DNA of 64,000 nucleotides. Origin: Dehalococcoidia bacterium. Lineage in GTDB: Bacteria > Chloroflexota > Dehalococcoidia > UBA2979. The translations under genes and the position numbers were made by a program. Under the pieces are notes generated by a model. The model saw only the letters and a program-made list of their open reading frames with translations, was not told the origin of the DNA and made no database searches. This document shows positions 38,026-47,278 of the stretch, piece by piece. Each line of letters begins with the position of its first letter. Within the stretch, counting starts at the first letter, position 1. The stretch lies in contig OZ244720.1 of the NCBI GenBank assembly GCA_965219085.1, positions 2,752,001 to 2,816,000 on the forward strand. Reading direction: 5' to 3'.

Positions 38026-39260
38026 CGAGCCCCGCCCGCACCCTGCAATCGGCCGACGTACCTGAGCCGGGACATCGTGCGCGCCGCGGACACAACTCGG
38101 CCACCGTCACCGCGCTCCCGGCTTCGGGGATCCGGCGCTTCTTCGAGCTGCTCGATGAGACGGCGGGCGTCATCTCGCTCGCCGTGGGGCAGCCCGACTT
38201 CCCCACGCCGGCGCAGATCACGAACGCCGCCTCCGACGCCATGCTCGCCGGTCACACCGGCTACACCAGCAACTACGGCCTGCCCGAACTGCGCGAACGG
38301 CTGAGCAACCACATCGAGCACCGCTACGGCGTGCGGTACAACCCGGCGCGCGAACTGATGATGACCACCGGCGTCTCCGAGGCGCTCGACCTCGCGATGC
38401 GGGCGCTCCTCGACCACGGCGACGAGGTGCTCGTGCCCGAGCCGGCGTACGTCGCCTACCAGCCCGTGGTGCTGCTCGCCGGCGGCCACTACGTGCCCGT
38501 GCCGACCGATCCCGAGTCCGACTTCGTGGTCACCGTCGAGGCGCTCGAGGAGCGCCTGACGCCCGCGACGAAGGCGATCCTGCTCGGCTATCCCTCGAAC
38601 CCCACGGGCGCGGTGCTGGAGCGCCCCACCATGGAGGCGATCGCCCGCTTCGCCGCGAAGCACGACCTGTTCGTCATCGCCGACGAGCTGTACGACCGCC
38701 TCGTCTACGGCATCGAGCACGTCTGCTTCGCCTCGCTCGACGGGATGTGGGAGCGCACGATCCTGCTCGGCGGCTTCTCGAAGGCCTACGCGATGACCGG
38801 CTGGCGGCTTGGCTACGCCGCCGCTCCCCCGGACATCCTCGAGGCGATGATGAAGGTCCACCAGTACGTCATGATGTCGGCCCCCACCGCCGCGCAGTAC
38901 GCCGCCGTCGAGGCGCTCGACAGCGGCGAGGAGGACGTGCGCGGCATGCTCGCCGAGTACGACCGCCGCCGCCGCATGGTCGTCGGGCGGCTCAACGCGA
39001 TGGGCCTCGACACCGTCGAACCGCGTGGCGCGTTCTACGCCTTCCCCGACATCCGCTCGACCGGCCTCGACGACTTCACGTTCGCCGAGACCCTGCTGGC
39101 CGAGGAGCGCGTGGCCGTGGTGCCCGGCTCGGCGTTCGGCGAGAGCGGCGCCGGGTTCGTGCGCATCTGCTATGCCGCCGACTACGACGACATCGCCGAG
39201 GCGATGGACCGCACCGAGCGCTTCGTCGCGCGCCGCCGGTCGATGGCCGGGGCGTCGTGA
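38022..39260 (+). CDS. Class I/II PLP aminotransferase
   Basis: GQPDF, NPTG, DELY, GFSKAYAMTGWRLG. Confidence 0.93.
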   Translation: MTSPARTLQSADVPEPGHRARRGHNSATVTALPASGIRRFFELLDETAGVISLAVGQPDFPTPAQITNAASDAMLAGHTGYTSNYGLPELRERLSNHIEHRYGVRYNPARELMMTTGVSEALDLAMRALLDHGDEVLVPEPAYVAYQPVVLLAGGHYVPVPTDPESDFVVTVEALEERLTPATKAILLGYPSNPTGAVLERPTMEAIARFAAKHDLFVIADELYDRLVYGIEHVCFASLDGMWERTILLGGFSKAYAMTGWRLGYAAAPPDILEAMMKVHQYVMMSAPTAAQYAAVEALDSGEEDVRGMLAEYDRRRRMVVGRLNAMGLDTVEPRGAFYAFPDIRSTGLDDFTFAETLLAEERVAVVPGSAFGESGAGFVRICYAADYDDIAEAMDRTERFVARRRSMAGAS

Positions 39261-39994
39261 CCTCGCTGCCGTCCGGCGGCCCGCCGGAACCACCGGGCGG
39301 TGACGACGACCTCGTCCTCTCGATCCAGAACGTCAACGCGCAGCCCGGCGAACACCCGGGCGAACTCACCCTCGAGATCGAGACGACACGCGGGCAGATC
39401 CGCGGCACGCTCCATCCCTGCGAAGGCAAGACCGGCTGCGCCATCTACGTGGGCGGCGCCGCTGAGGGTAACGCCGAGGGCCCCGCGGACTCCGTCTACC
39501 TGCGCCTCAGCCGTGAGCTCATCGCGCGCGGGGTGACCTCGCTGCGCATCCACTACCGCGAGCCGGGCGAGTTCACGGAGTGCGTGCTCGACACGCTCGC
39601 GGCCTGCTCGTTCCTGCGTGGCATCGGCGCGGAGCGCGCCGTGCTCGTGGGGCACTCGTTCGGCGGGGCGGTCGTGATCAAGGCGGGTGAGCTGGCGCCC
39701 CTCGCGAGCGCGGTAGCAGCGCTGTCGCCCCAGCGTCACGGCACGCAGGAGGTGGAGAAGCTCGGCAAGCCGCTGCTGCTCGTCCACGGCTCGGCGGACC
39801 GCGTGTTGCTGCCCGAGGCCTCCGAGGACATCTACAGCCGCGCCCAGGAGCCCAAGCGCCTCGAGATCCTCGAGGGCGGGAGCCACGCCCTCACCGAGGT
39901 CGCCGCCGACGTGCACTCGCTGCTCGGCGACTTCATCGCCACCGCCGTCGGCGATCCCGAGCCTCCGGCCGGGGAGCCCTCGAACGGCTCGTAG
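39257..39994 (+). CDS. Alpha/beta hydrolase
   Basis: GHSFGG, HGSAD, GGSH triad motifs. Confidence 0.88.
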   Translation: MTSLPSGGPPEPPGGDDDLVLSIQNVNAQPGEHPGELTLEIETTRGQIRGTLHPCEGKTGCAIYVGGAAEGNAEGPADSVYLRLSRELIARGVTSLRIHYREPGEFTECVLDTLAACSFLRGIGAERAVLVGHSFGGAVVIKAGELAPLASAVAALSPQRHGTQEVEKLGKPLLLVHGSADRVLLPEASEDIYSRAQEPKRLEILEGGSHALTEVAADVHSLLGDFIATAVGDPEPPAGEPSNGS

Positions 39995-40056
39995 TCCGCA
40001 TCCCGTCCCCTCAGCCTGCTAGACTCCGCGCTCGCGTACGTAATGAGCGAGGGGTT

Positions 40057-41016
40057 GTGATGGCGGATCTTGGCGTGTGGACGGTGGACGGTGGGGCGCC
40101 GCGGCGCGTGGGTCGCTCGGGCGTCGATCTGGAGCAGCATCTCGAAGACTGGATCGCGCGTGACGCGTCGCTGCTCGCGGATGGGCTCACGGTCGTCGGC
40201 CGCCAGGTACGGCTCGAAGGCGGCCCCCTCGACCTGCTTGCCATCGACTGGCAGGACCGGTGGGTGGTCATCGAGCTCAAGCGCGAGCGGCTCTACCGAG
40301 ACGCCCTGGCGCAGGCCCTTGACTACGCGTCCTCGATCGCCGCGATGGGCGGAGATGATCTCGCCGAGCTGCTCGGCCCGGGGCTTGCCAACCTCGGCGA
40401 TGCAGAGGAACTCTCCCGCACAGTTCGAGGTCAGTTGGACGGGGAGGAGGGTGGCCGCGAGGTAGCCGTGCTGCTCGCGGGCGTCGGTGTCGACGCCGGA
40501 CTGGAGCGCATTGTTGCGCACCTTGGCGGTTACGGAGTGCCGATCACGATCGTGAACTTCGATGTGTTTGAGCCCGAAGGCGGCCCGCGCTTGCTGCTCC
40601 GGGCGGTCACCGAGGAGCAAACCGAGCCGCGGGCCCCTCAACCACGGCGGACCGTCGAGCTGATTCGCGAGCGCGCCGCACAAGCCGGCGTGACGGCCGA
40701 GTTCGCGCGTTTTGTGGGGATGGCGGAGCAGGCGGGTCTTGCTGTGCAACCACAGAAGCACTCAGTGAGGATCGCGCCCCCGGCGAATCGCACCCGCTAC
40801 CTCATGTACGCGCGGCCCGAATCAGGGGGCATCGTGATCAGCGCGGGTGCTACGGATTTCGCCGAGTTCTTCCCTCACCTCACCGAGGAACGGGCGAAGG
40901 CGGGTCTCGGCGCCGAGCGCGAGGGCCGGCACCTATCGGGCGCAGAGCTGGATGCTCGGCTCAATCAGATCGAGGCGTTCCTGAAGACGCTGCCGAGCCC
41001 GGCCGACTCCGAGTAG
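40057..41016 (+). CDS. Endonuclease NucS (DUF91)-domain protein
   Basis: LEQHLEDWI, GRQV, LDLLAID, VVIELKR, QALDYA. Confidence 0.8.
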   Translation: MMADLGVWTVDGGAPRRVGRSGVDLEQHLEDWIARDASLLADGLTVVGRQVRLEGGPLDLLAIDWQDRWVVIELKRERLYRDALAQALDYASSIAAMGGDDLAELLGPGLANLGDAEELSRTVRGQLDGEEGGREVAVLLAGVGVDAGLERIVAHLGGYGVPITIVNFDVFEPEGGPRLLLRAVTEEQTEPRAPQPRRTVELIRERAAQAGVTAEFARFVGMAEQAGLAVQPQKHSVRIAPPANRTRYLMYARPESGGIVISAGATDFAEFFPHLTEERAKAGLGAEREGRHLSGAELDARLNQIEAFLKTLPSPADSE

Positions 41017-41034
41017 CGCGCCGAGGGCGCACCC

Positions 41035-42108
41035 TCAGTCGTCGAGGTAGTTGAGGCCGAGGGCTGAGCGCACGTCGACCATCGTGTCCTGGGCCACCGT
41101 GCGGGCGTATTCGGTGCCGCGTGCCAGCGCGGCGCGCACCTCGCGCGGGTTCGCCTCGTAGTGCGCGCGGCGCTCGCGGATCGGGTCGAGGAAGGTGTTG
41201 AGCGCCGCTGCCAGCTTCCGCTTCACCTCGACGTCGCCGACGGTGCCCGCGCGGTAGCGCTCCTTGAGGTCATCGACCTCCGCGGTGTCGGGGTTGAAGG
41301 CGTCGTGGTACATGAACACCGGGTTGCCCTCGACGTGGCCGGGGTCGGTGGCGCGCAGCCGCGTCGGGTCCGTGTACATGCGCATCACCTTGCGCTCGAC
41401 CGTCTCGGCGTCGTCCTTGAGGTCGATGGTGTTACCGAGCGACTTGCTCATCTTCGCGCTGCCGTCGATGCCGACGAGGCGCGGCACGCGGCCGACGAGG
41501 CCGCGCGGCTCGGGGAACACCTCGCCGAAGCGGCGATTGAAGCGCCGCGCCGTCTCGCGCGTCATCTCGATGTGCGGCATCTGGTCCTCGCCGACGGGCA
41601 CGAGGTGCGCGCGCGGCATGAGGATGTTGGCGACCTGCATGATCGGGTAGGTGAAGAACGCCACCGGCACCGCGCCGCGCTCACGCACGACCTGCCGCTT
41701 GCCCGAGCGCTCGGCCTCCTCGAACGACATGCCGCGCTCCTCGAGCTCGTCCATCTCGGCCTTGAGCGTCGGGTTGCGTTCGAGCCGCCCGAGGCCGATG
41801 AACCAGCTGAGCAGCGTGGTGAGCTCGGCGTGCTCGGGCACGAGGCTCTCGATCACGAAGTGGGAGCGCGCGGGGTCGAGCCCGACGGCGAGCCAGTCGG
41901 TCGCGACCTCGATCACGGCCTCACGGACGCGGTCGATGTCGTCGGCGTGGTCCGAGACCTGGTAGTCGGCGATGAGGAAGAAGCACTCGTACTCGTCCTG
42001 GAGCCGCAGCCAGTTCTCGAGCGCGCCGGCGTAGTGGCCGAGGTGGAGTGCGCCCGTGGGCCGTACCCCGGTCAGGATCCGCTGTCGCTCCTCGCTAGCC
42101 TCGCTCAT
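41035..42108 (-). CDS. trpS: Tryptophanyl-tRNA synthetase
   Basis: TGVRPTGALHLGHY, VPVGEDQ, KMSKS. Confidence 0.96.
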   Translation of the reverse strand: MSEASEERQRILTGVRPTGALHLGHYAGALENWLRLQDEYECFFLIADYQVSDHADDIDRVREAVIEVATDWLAVGLDPARSHFVIESLVPEHAELTTLLSWFIGLGRLERNPTLKAEMDELEERGMSFEEAERSGKRQVVRERGAVPVAFFTYPIMQVANILMPRAHLVPVGEDQMPHIEMTRETARRFNRRFGEVFPEPRGLVGRVPRLVGIDGSAKMSKSLGNTIDLKDDAETVERKVMRMYTDPTRLRATDPGHVEGNPVFMYHDAFNPDTAEVDDLKERYRAGTVGDVEVKRKLAAALNTFLDPIRERRAHYEANPREVRAALARGTEYARTVAQDTMVDVRSALGLNYLDD

Positions 42109-42130
42109 CGCGCATCCTCCTCGCGCGTCG

Positions 42131-42172
42131 AGGGTATCGCGAGTGGGGGAGGGCGGCGAGGGAGGGGGTGCG
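42131..42172 (-). repeat. trpS promoter region, copy A of a 3-copy repeat
   Basis: AGGGTATCGCGAGTGGGGGAGGGCGGCGAGGGAGGGGG; similar copies at 42921 and 43412; TACCCT -10-like hexamer on the minus strand. Confidence 0.8.
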
Positions 42173-42279
42173 TGGCGCCACGCTGCCGATCGCTGCCGGG
42201 CGCCGGTGAGCCGGTGAACGTCGATCCCGCTCGCGGGCGCCGGTGATCGCGAGGCGCGGCCCTAGCTGCCGGGATCGGG

Positions 42280-42897
42280 CTAGAACATGCGGCCGTCGTC
42301 GTCGACGAGGCCCCGCACTGCGGCATCCGCCGCAGCCAGATCGAACGCGTCCACGTCCAGCGGGAGGTCGATGAACTCTTCGGCCCACTCCCTCAGTTCC
42401 GCGTCCTGCTCCGAGGAAGCGTTGGTCAACGCCTCGCGCAACTCGTGGTAGCCGTAGACGCCTCCGCAATCTTCCGGCGGACATGCGCCGCGTCCGGCGA
42501 TGCAGGCAGGCGCGTCCGGTCTCGATTGCTCGCCGGTTCGGACCGCCATGAGCTCGATACGGTGTTCCCAGGAGTCACCGAAATCGTACTCGTAGCGGAG
42601 CGTGTCGCGGGGCGCGCGCAGGACGTCCGCCACGACCACATCGGACTCGTCGGCATAGCCAAGCTCATCGAGGCTGGAGTCACCGTACGTGACTCCATCG
42701 GGCGCGGTGAACGCATGCAGGTGCGAGTTGGTCCAGCCCATGGCGGCCTGGATGACCAGATGGAGGTCGGCGAGCGTCGTCCGGTCCGGGATCACCACGC
42801 GCCGTTCGATATCCGGGTCGGCATCGACAAGGGCGATCAATATCTCGTACTGCCGATGTGCGCCCGGCGCAGGCGCACCCGAGTTGTTCGTCGCCAT
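42280..42897 (-). CDS. Plasmid pRiA4b ORF-3 family protein
   Basis: TLADLHLVIQAAMGWTNSHLHAF, YEYDFGDSWEH, ACPPEDCGG. Confidence 0.92.
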   Translation of the reverse strand: MATNNSGAPAPGAHRQYEILIALVDADPDIERRVVIPDRTTLADLHLVIQAAMGWTNSHLHAFTAPDGVTYGDSSLDELGYADESDVVVADVLRAPRDTLRYEYDFGDSWEHRIELMAVRTGEQSRPDAPACIAGRGACPPEDCGGVYGYHELREALTNASSEQDAELREWAEEFIDLPLDVDAFDLAAADAAVRGLVDDDGRMF

Positions 42898-42920
42898 GAT
42901 GCCCCTCCCGCTCTCACGCA

Positions 42921-42962
42921 AAGGTATCGCGAGTGGGTCAGGCGGGCGAGGGAGGGGGCGCC
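42921..42962 (-). repeat. Copy B of the trpS promoter repeat
   Basis: AAGGTATCGCGAGTGGGTCAGGCGGGCGAGGGAGGGGGCGCC, about 35/42 identical to copy A. Confidence 0.8.
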
Positions 42963-43289
42963 ATGCGGGTCACCGCGGGACCGAGACGGCGTTGATCAGC
43001 GGCGACGATCGACGGCTGCGCCAGGCTATCGAGAGCTCGGAAGCGACGGCCGAGGTCATGTCTTCCCACGCGATGATCGCGGCGCTCACGCGGCCCATCG
43101 ACGAGCGCGAGTACATGTCGCCCTCCGAGTTCACCGAGTGATGCGCCCGGGCCGGCTCCGCTGCCAATCCGGGTGCGGGCCGAGGTAGACGACTCGCACG
43201 ATCCGCTCGCCCCACGTTCGGAGTTCCGCCCGGTCGCGGCGGCGGAGCCGGACGGTGTAGGGCGGCGGCGTCGCTTCTTCCGCTGGCAC

Positions 43290-43440
43290 GCGCCGGCGTA
43301 GTGGCCGAGGTGGAGGGCGCCCGTGGGCCGTACCCCGGTCAGGATCCGCTGCCTGTCGTCGCCGTTGCTCGTCATGGCGTCGCCTCGCCCTCGCCTTCAC
43401 GTTGCAGGCCGAGGGTATCGCGGGTGGGGGGAGGGGGGCG
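43290..43440 (-). pseudogene. Duplicated trpS 5' end with promoter copy C
   Basis: Encodes MTSNGDDRQRILTGVRPTGALHLGHYAGA; DNA nearly identical to 42021-42085, then diverges. Confidence 0.9.
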
Positions 43441-43498
43441 AGAGTGGAGCGGATTGGGTGGCGGCGCACCATTCGGGTGCGCCGCCACCCGCGGCCCA

Positions 43499-43819
43499 CT
43501 ACTGCCGATTGCAGGGCGGGTCGTACATGTCCCGAATCGCCTTCTCCTCGGCGAGGCGAGCCGCGCGCCCGGAGTAATTGATTCGGGCTGTGATGTGCGT
43601 ACCGCGGTTCCTCGTCACGCAGGGGAACCGCTCGTGCCCGCTGTGCACGCGATTCGCCAGGCTGTCAGTCTCGCCAGCGTAGAGCGCATAAAGGAGCCCA
43701 GTGCGAGGGTCTTCGCGCGCCCACACGTAATTTCCAGGCTGATCGGCCAGCGGGGTATCGATCGGGTAGACGTTGTACGTATACCCGGCCCATCTGACCG
43801 TTTGCGTTTGGGTTGTCAA
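43499..43819 (-). CDS. Minimal GIY-YIG-like nuclease (106 aa)
   Basis: PGNYVW...LYAGET.SLANR...H...E...I..YDPPCN; TTG start after AGAAAGAAAG. Confidence 0.7.
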   Translation of the reverse strand: MTTQTQTVRWAGYTYNVYPIDTPLADQPGNYVWAREDPRTGLLYALYAGETDSLANRVHSGHERFPCVTRNRGTHITARINYSGRAARLAEEKAIRDMYDPPCNRQ

Positions 43820-43836
43820 GACAACTTTCTTTCTGC

Positions 43837-43850
43837 CGAACCATCGTTCG
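43837..43850. promoter_or_regulatory. LexA (SOS) box, Gram-positive type
   Basis: CGAAC-CATC-GTTCG, perfect CGAAC-N4-GTTCG. Confidence 0.6.
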
Positions 43851-43911
43851 GCGGGTTCTTGAGATGCTGGGTTGGGGTGGCCGCGGAGCGCGGCTGGTGT
43901 AGTATCTCGCT

Positions 43912-43984
43912 GGTCGGAGTTCCTTTCCGATCTTCGGCATCGGGGATTGTGCTGATGGGCGCTTCCCCGATGCCCTTGCGTTTT
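43912..43984 (+). ncRNA. Candidate cis-antisense small RNA
   Basis: TAGTAT at 43900-43905, hairpin with GTTCCTT loop, 11-bp terminator-like stem 43936-43974 followed by CTTGCGTTTT. Confidence 0.4.
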
Positions 43985-44020
43985 CGACACTCGCAGTGGC
44001 CGTGGCCCCGCGTCGTGCGC

Positions 44021-44482
44021 TTACTGATCGGCCCCCGTGCGACTGGCCCTGCTCTTCGGCAACGGATTGTCGAGCGAGAGTGCAAACACACCGTCATCGG
44101 CATCCTCCAGCCGGAAGGTGTGGTTCTCCTCCGGCAGTAGGTCGTAGTAGAGCAGCACGCTACGTGCAGACATAGAACTGCTCCCCGTGTCAGTGCCGTC
44201 GACCGTCCGCGACGGCTTCAGCGGGATAGCACCAGCTGCATCCCTCAGCGCTCTGCGCAATCCAATCTGCCGATCCCGCTCATTATATCCGATTCTGACG
44301 GCCGGTGGGTTGCCCAACATCTGGACTGCCACGTCATTCAGCGTCATCGAGCCAGACTTGGTCAGGGAGCACGTCGGGAACGAACGCGCTCCCCGCCCGC
44401 TCCCCTCGAACCAGTCAAAGCCGCTGGACGAGGGGGATTCCCGGTTTGGCACGGGCGTCGGATCCGCTTCTGTCGGCACCAT
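44021..44482 (-). CDS. Hypothetical beta-rich protein, possibly AbrB-like DNA-binding
   Basis: GGAGGAG RBS, TTGACA upstream; SLTKSGSMTLN..AVQMLG.P.AVRIGY pattern. Confidence 0.6.
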   Translation of the reverse strand: MVPTEADPTPVPNRESPSSSGFDWFEGSGRGARSFPTCSLTKSGSMTLNDVAVQMLGNPPAVRIGYNERDRQIGLRRALRDAAGAIPLKPSRTVDGTDTGSSSMSARSVLLYYDLLPEENHTFRLEDADDGVFALSLDNPLPKSRASRTGADQ

Positions 44483-44615
44483 ACTCTCTCCCTCCCCATC
44501 ATCTTGCGTGATCCACCAGCGTTGTCAAGACACAATCTGCGTTCACTCCGCCACGCACAGTGATGATCCGTGCGTGTCTGTGTCCTGGTGCGCCGATGAT
44601 CGAGTGCAGTGCGGA

Positions 44616-45509
44616 CTACCCGAGGAGCGACAGCGCGTCTTCGAGGTCGGCCGCCTGGATGTCGGCGAACAGGTCGACCAGCGGCTTGAGGTGCCCGTCG
44701 TCCGCGGCTTCGAGGGCGTCGAGGTACGGGTCGCGGTGCTCCTCGTCGCGGATCACGAGCACGAGGTACTCGCTCCTCAGGAATACGGCCGCCGTCAGCG
44801 CTCGCGCGACGCGGCCGTTGCCGTCCTCGAACGGGTGGATCTGCGCGAAGCGATGGTGCAGCCACGCCGCCTCGACTTCGGCACACACGCCCTGCGCATT
44901 GTGCTGCGCATGCCAGGCGAGCAGCCGGTCCATCTCGTCTTGTACAAACTCGGGCGGGCAGTACTCGTGGACGCGTCCGTCGGGGCGGATCGGGTTGTTC
45001 GGCAGCCGCTTCCACGCGCCCTTGAGCAGCGGTGCGGCGAAGCGACGCCCCTGCGCGTCGATCGCGTCTCGCGTGTCCTGGTGCTCGGTCAGGCCGCGGT
45101 GAAGCTCGCGGATGTAGGAGCTCGTCAACGCTCGCCTGCCGCCGACGAGGTCCATCACCATCTCCAGCGAGGCGCGCTGATCCTCGATCAGGAGCCGGGC
45201 CTCGGTCGTGAGACGACCGTCCGCGCGGAACTGCTCCATCGCGTCGAGGCCCACCTCTGCGAGCGCTATCGTGACGACTCGGTCGACGCTGTATAGCCGC
45301 TCGATGATGCCCGTCTCGATCGCCCACACCGTCATCAGGCGCTCCTGCACCTGTCGCACGCGGTCCGGGGCGGCCAGCCGCTCGCGGGCCGCCGTCCAGC
45401 GTCCGTGCACGTCGTGCAGGTCGGGGCGGCAGAGCGAGCGCCAGCCCGCCGGGAGATCGGCGATGGGCTGCCAGTGGTGGGCGATGAGCGAGCTGCCGCC
45501 AGGCGGCAT
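44616..45509 (-). CDS. Fic family protein
   Basis: HPFEDGNGRVAR intact Fic motif. Confidence 0.92.
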   Translation of the reverse strand: MPPGGSSLIAHHWQPIADLPAGWRSLCRPDLHDVHGRWTAARERLAAPDRVRQVQERLMTVWAIETGIIERLYSVDRVVTIALAEVGLDAMEQFRADGRLTTEARLLIEDQRASLEMVMDLVGGRRALTSSYIRELHRGLTEHQDTRDAIDAQGRRFAAPLLKGAWKRLPNNPIRPDGRVHEYCPPEFVQDEMDRLLAWHAQHNAQGVCAEVEAAWLHHRFAQIHPFEDGNGRVARALTAAVFLRSEYLVLVIRDEEHRDPYLDALEAADDGHLKPLVDLFADIQAADLEDALSLLG

Positions 45510-45514
45510 CGCCG

Positions 45515-47176
45515 TTACATTCGGTCCGGCGCCGAGATGCCCATCAGCCCCAGTGTGCGGGCGAGGGTGATGCGCGTGGCTTCGAGGAGGAGGAGGCGCG
45601 CGCGGCTCAGCGGTTCGTCGTCGGTGAGCACGCGGCACTGCGTGTAGAAGATGTGGAACGACTGCGCCAGCTCCTGCGCGTAGTGCGGCAGGCGGTGCGG
45701 CGCCAGCTCCTCAACGGCCTCCTCGAGCGTCTCCGGGAGCAGCAGCAGCTTGCGGATCAGCGCCTGCTCCGCCTCGTGCGTGAGCAGCGAGGGCTCCGCG
45801 CCCTCCGCCGACAGCCCCTGCTCGACGGCGTTGCGCAGCACGCCCGCGATGCGTGCGTGCGCGTACTGCACGTAGTAGACGGGGTTCTCGTCGGTCTCCC
45901 GCTTGGCCAGCTCGAGGTCGAAGTCCATCGTCGAGCCCGGGGAGGAGAGCAGGAAGAAGAAGCGCGCCGCGTCGCGGCCGACCTCGTCGACGACCTCGCG
46001 CAGCGTCACGAGCTCGCCCGCGCGCTTGGAGAGCGGCACCACGGCGCCTGCGCGCTTCAGCGTCACGAGCTGGTAGAGCAGCACGTCGAGCGCGTTGCCG
46101 TCGCCGCCGGTGGCGGTGATGCCGGCCTTCACGCGCGAGACGTGGCCCTGGTGGTCGGCGCCCCACACGTCGATGACGCGGTCGAAGCCGCGCAGCATGA
46201 ACTTGTCGTAGTGGTAGGCGATGTCCGTGGCGAAGTACGTCGGGACGCCGTCGGAGCGGATCAGCACGTTGTCCTTCGACTCGCCGAGCTGCGAGGAGGC
46301 GAACCACACGGCGCCCTCGCGCTCGACGATGTGGCCCTGCTCGCGCAGCAGCGCCAGCACGGTGCCGTAGGGGCCGCCCTCGCGCTGCAGCGAGCGCTCC
46401 TCGAACCAGCGGTCGTAGCGCACGCCCATCGCCTCGAGGTCCTCGCGGATCTGCTCGACCATGAGGCGGATGCCCTCGTCGCCGAGCTGCGGGTCGGGGG
46501 GCTCGCCCTCGGGGCGCAGGAGGGCGTCGCCGTGCTGCTCGCGGATGCGGGCGGCGATGTCGCGCATGTACTCGCCGGGGTAGCCGTTCTCGGGGATCTC
46601 GGCCTCGCGGCCGAAGAGCTGCTCGTAGCGCGCGTAGAGCGTGCGGGCGAAGACGCCGACCTGCGAGCCGGCGTCGTTGATGTAGTACTCCTCCTGCACC
46701 TCGTGGCCCGTTGCGCGCAGTACGTTGGCGAGGGTCGAGCCGATGGCCGCGCCGCGCCCGTTGCCGACGTGGACGGGGCCCGTGGGGTTGGCGGAGACGT
46801 ACTCGACCTGGGTCTTGCTGCCGCGGCCGATGTCGAGCGGCGGCCACGCCTCGCCGGTGTCGGCGATGACGCGCGCCTGCCCGGCGGCCCACGCGGGGTC
46901 GAGGTAGAGGTTGAGGAAGCCGGGCGGAGCGACGCGGACCTCGGAGACAGCGGGGTGCGCGGGCATGCGCGCGCGCAGCGCCTCGGCCACATCGAGCGCC
47001 TTCATGCGCGCGAGGCCCTGGATGCGGAGCGGCAGGTTGGCGGCGAAGTCGCCGTGTTCGGGGCGCTGCGGGTGCTCGAGGCTGACATCGGGCGCGGCGA
47101 ACGGGGGCAGGTCGCCGGCGTCTTGCGCGGCGGCGAGCGCCTGTTGGACGAGTTCGCGCAGTTCGTCTCGGATCAC
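45515..47176 (-). CDS. argS: Arginyl-tRNA synthetase
   Basis: EYVSANPTGPVHVGNGR, GADHQG, LSKRAG, YVQYAHAR, GISAPDRM. Confidence 0.97.
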   Translation of the reverse strand: MIRDELRELVQQALAAAQDAGDLPPFAAPDVSLEHPQRPEHGDFAANLPLRIQGLARMKALDVAEALRARMPAHPAVSEVRVAPPGFLNLYLDPAWAAGQARVIADTGEAWPPLDIGRGSKTQVEYVSANPTGPVHVGNGRGAAIGSTLANVLRATGHEVQEEYYINDAGSQVGVFARTLYARYEQLFGREAEIPENGYPGEYMRDIAARIREQHGDALLRPEGEPPDPQLGDEGIRLMVEQIREDLEAMGVRYDRWFEERSLQREGGPYGTVLALLREQGHIVEREGAVWFASSQLGESKDNVLIRSDGVPTYFATDIAYHYDKFMLRGFDRVIDVWGADHQGHVSRVKAGITATGGDGNALDVLLYQLVTLKRAGAVVPLSKRAGELVTLREVVDEVGRDAARFFFLLSSPGSTMDFDLELAKRETDENPVYYVQYAHARIAGVLRNAVEQGLSAEGAEPSLLTHEAEQALIRKLLLLPETLEEAVEELAPHRLPHYAQELAQSFHIFYTQCRVLTDDEPLSRARLLLLEATRITLARTLGLMGISAPDRM

Positions 47177-47278
47177 AGTGGGGACAGTCTATCGCGAGGG
47201 GCGGTGGGGGTCAGGATCGAGCGCCGCCCGAGGGCCGCGAGCGCGGTGGTATGGCGCAGGTGCTGGTACACTTGGCAC

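Noticed and set aside
40012-40022. CAGCCTGCTAG as the right end of the IS5 element at 2965
   Set aside because: Only 7 bp plus CTAG, no TTTTTCAG part, 37 kb away; better explained as a TGcTAGACT promoter.
42938-43375. 145-aa second trpS or functional fusion protein
   Set aside because: Only about 22 residues match TrpS; the rest is low-complexity out-of-frame debris.
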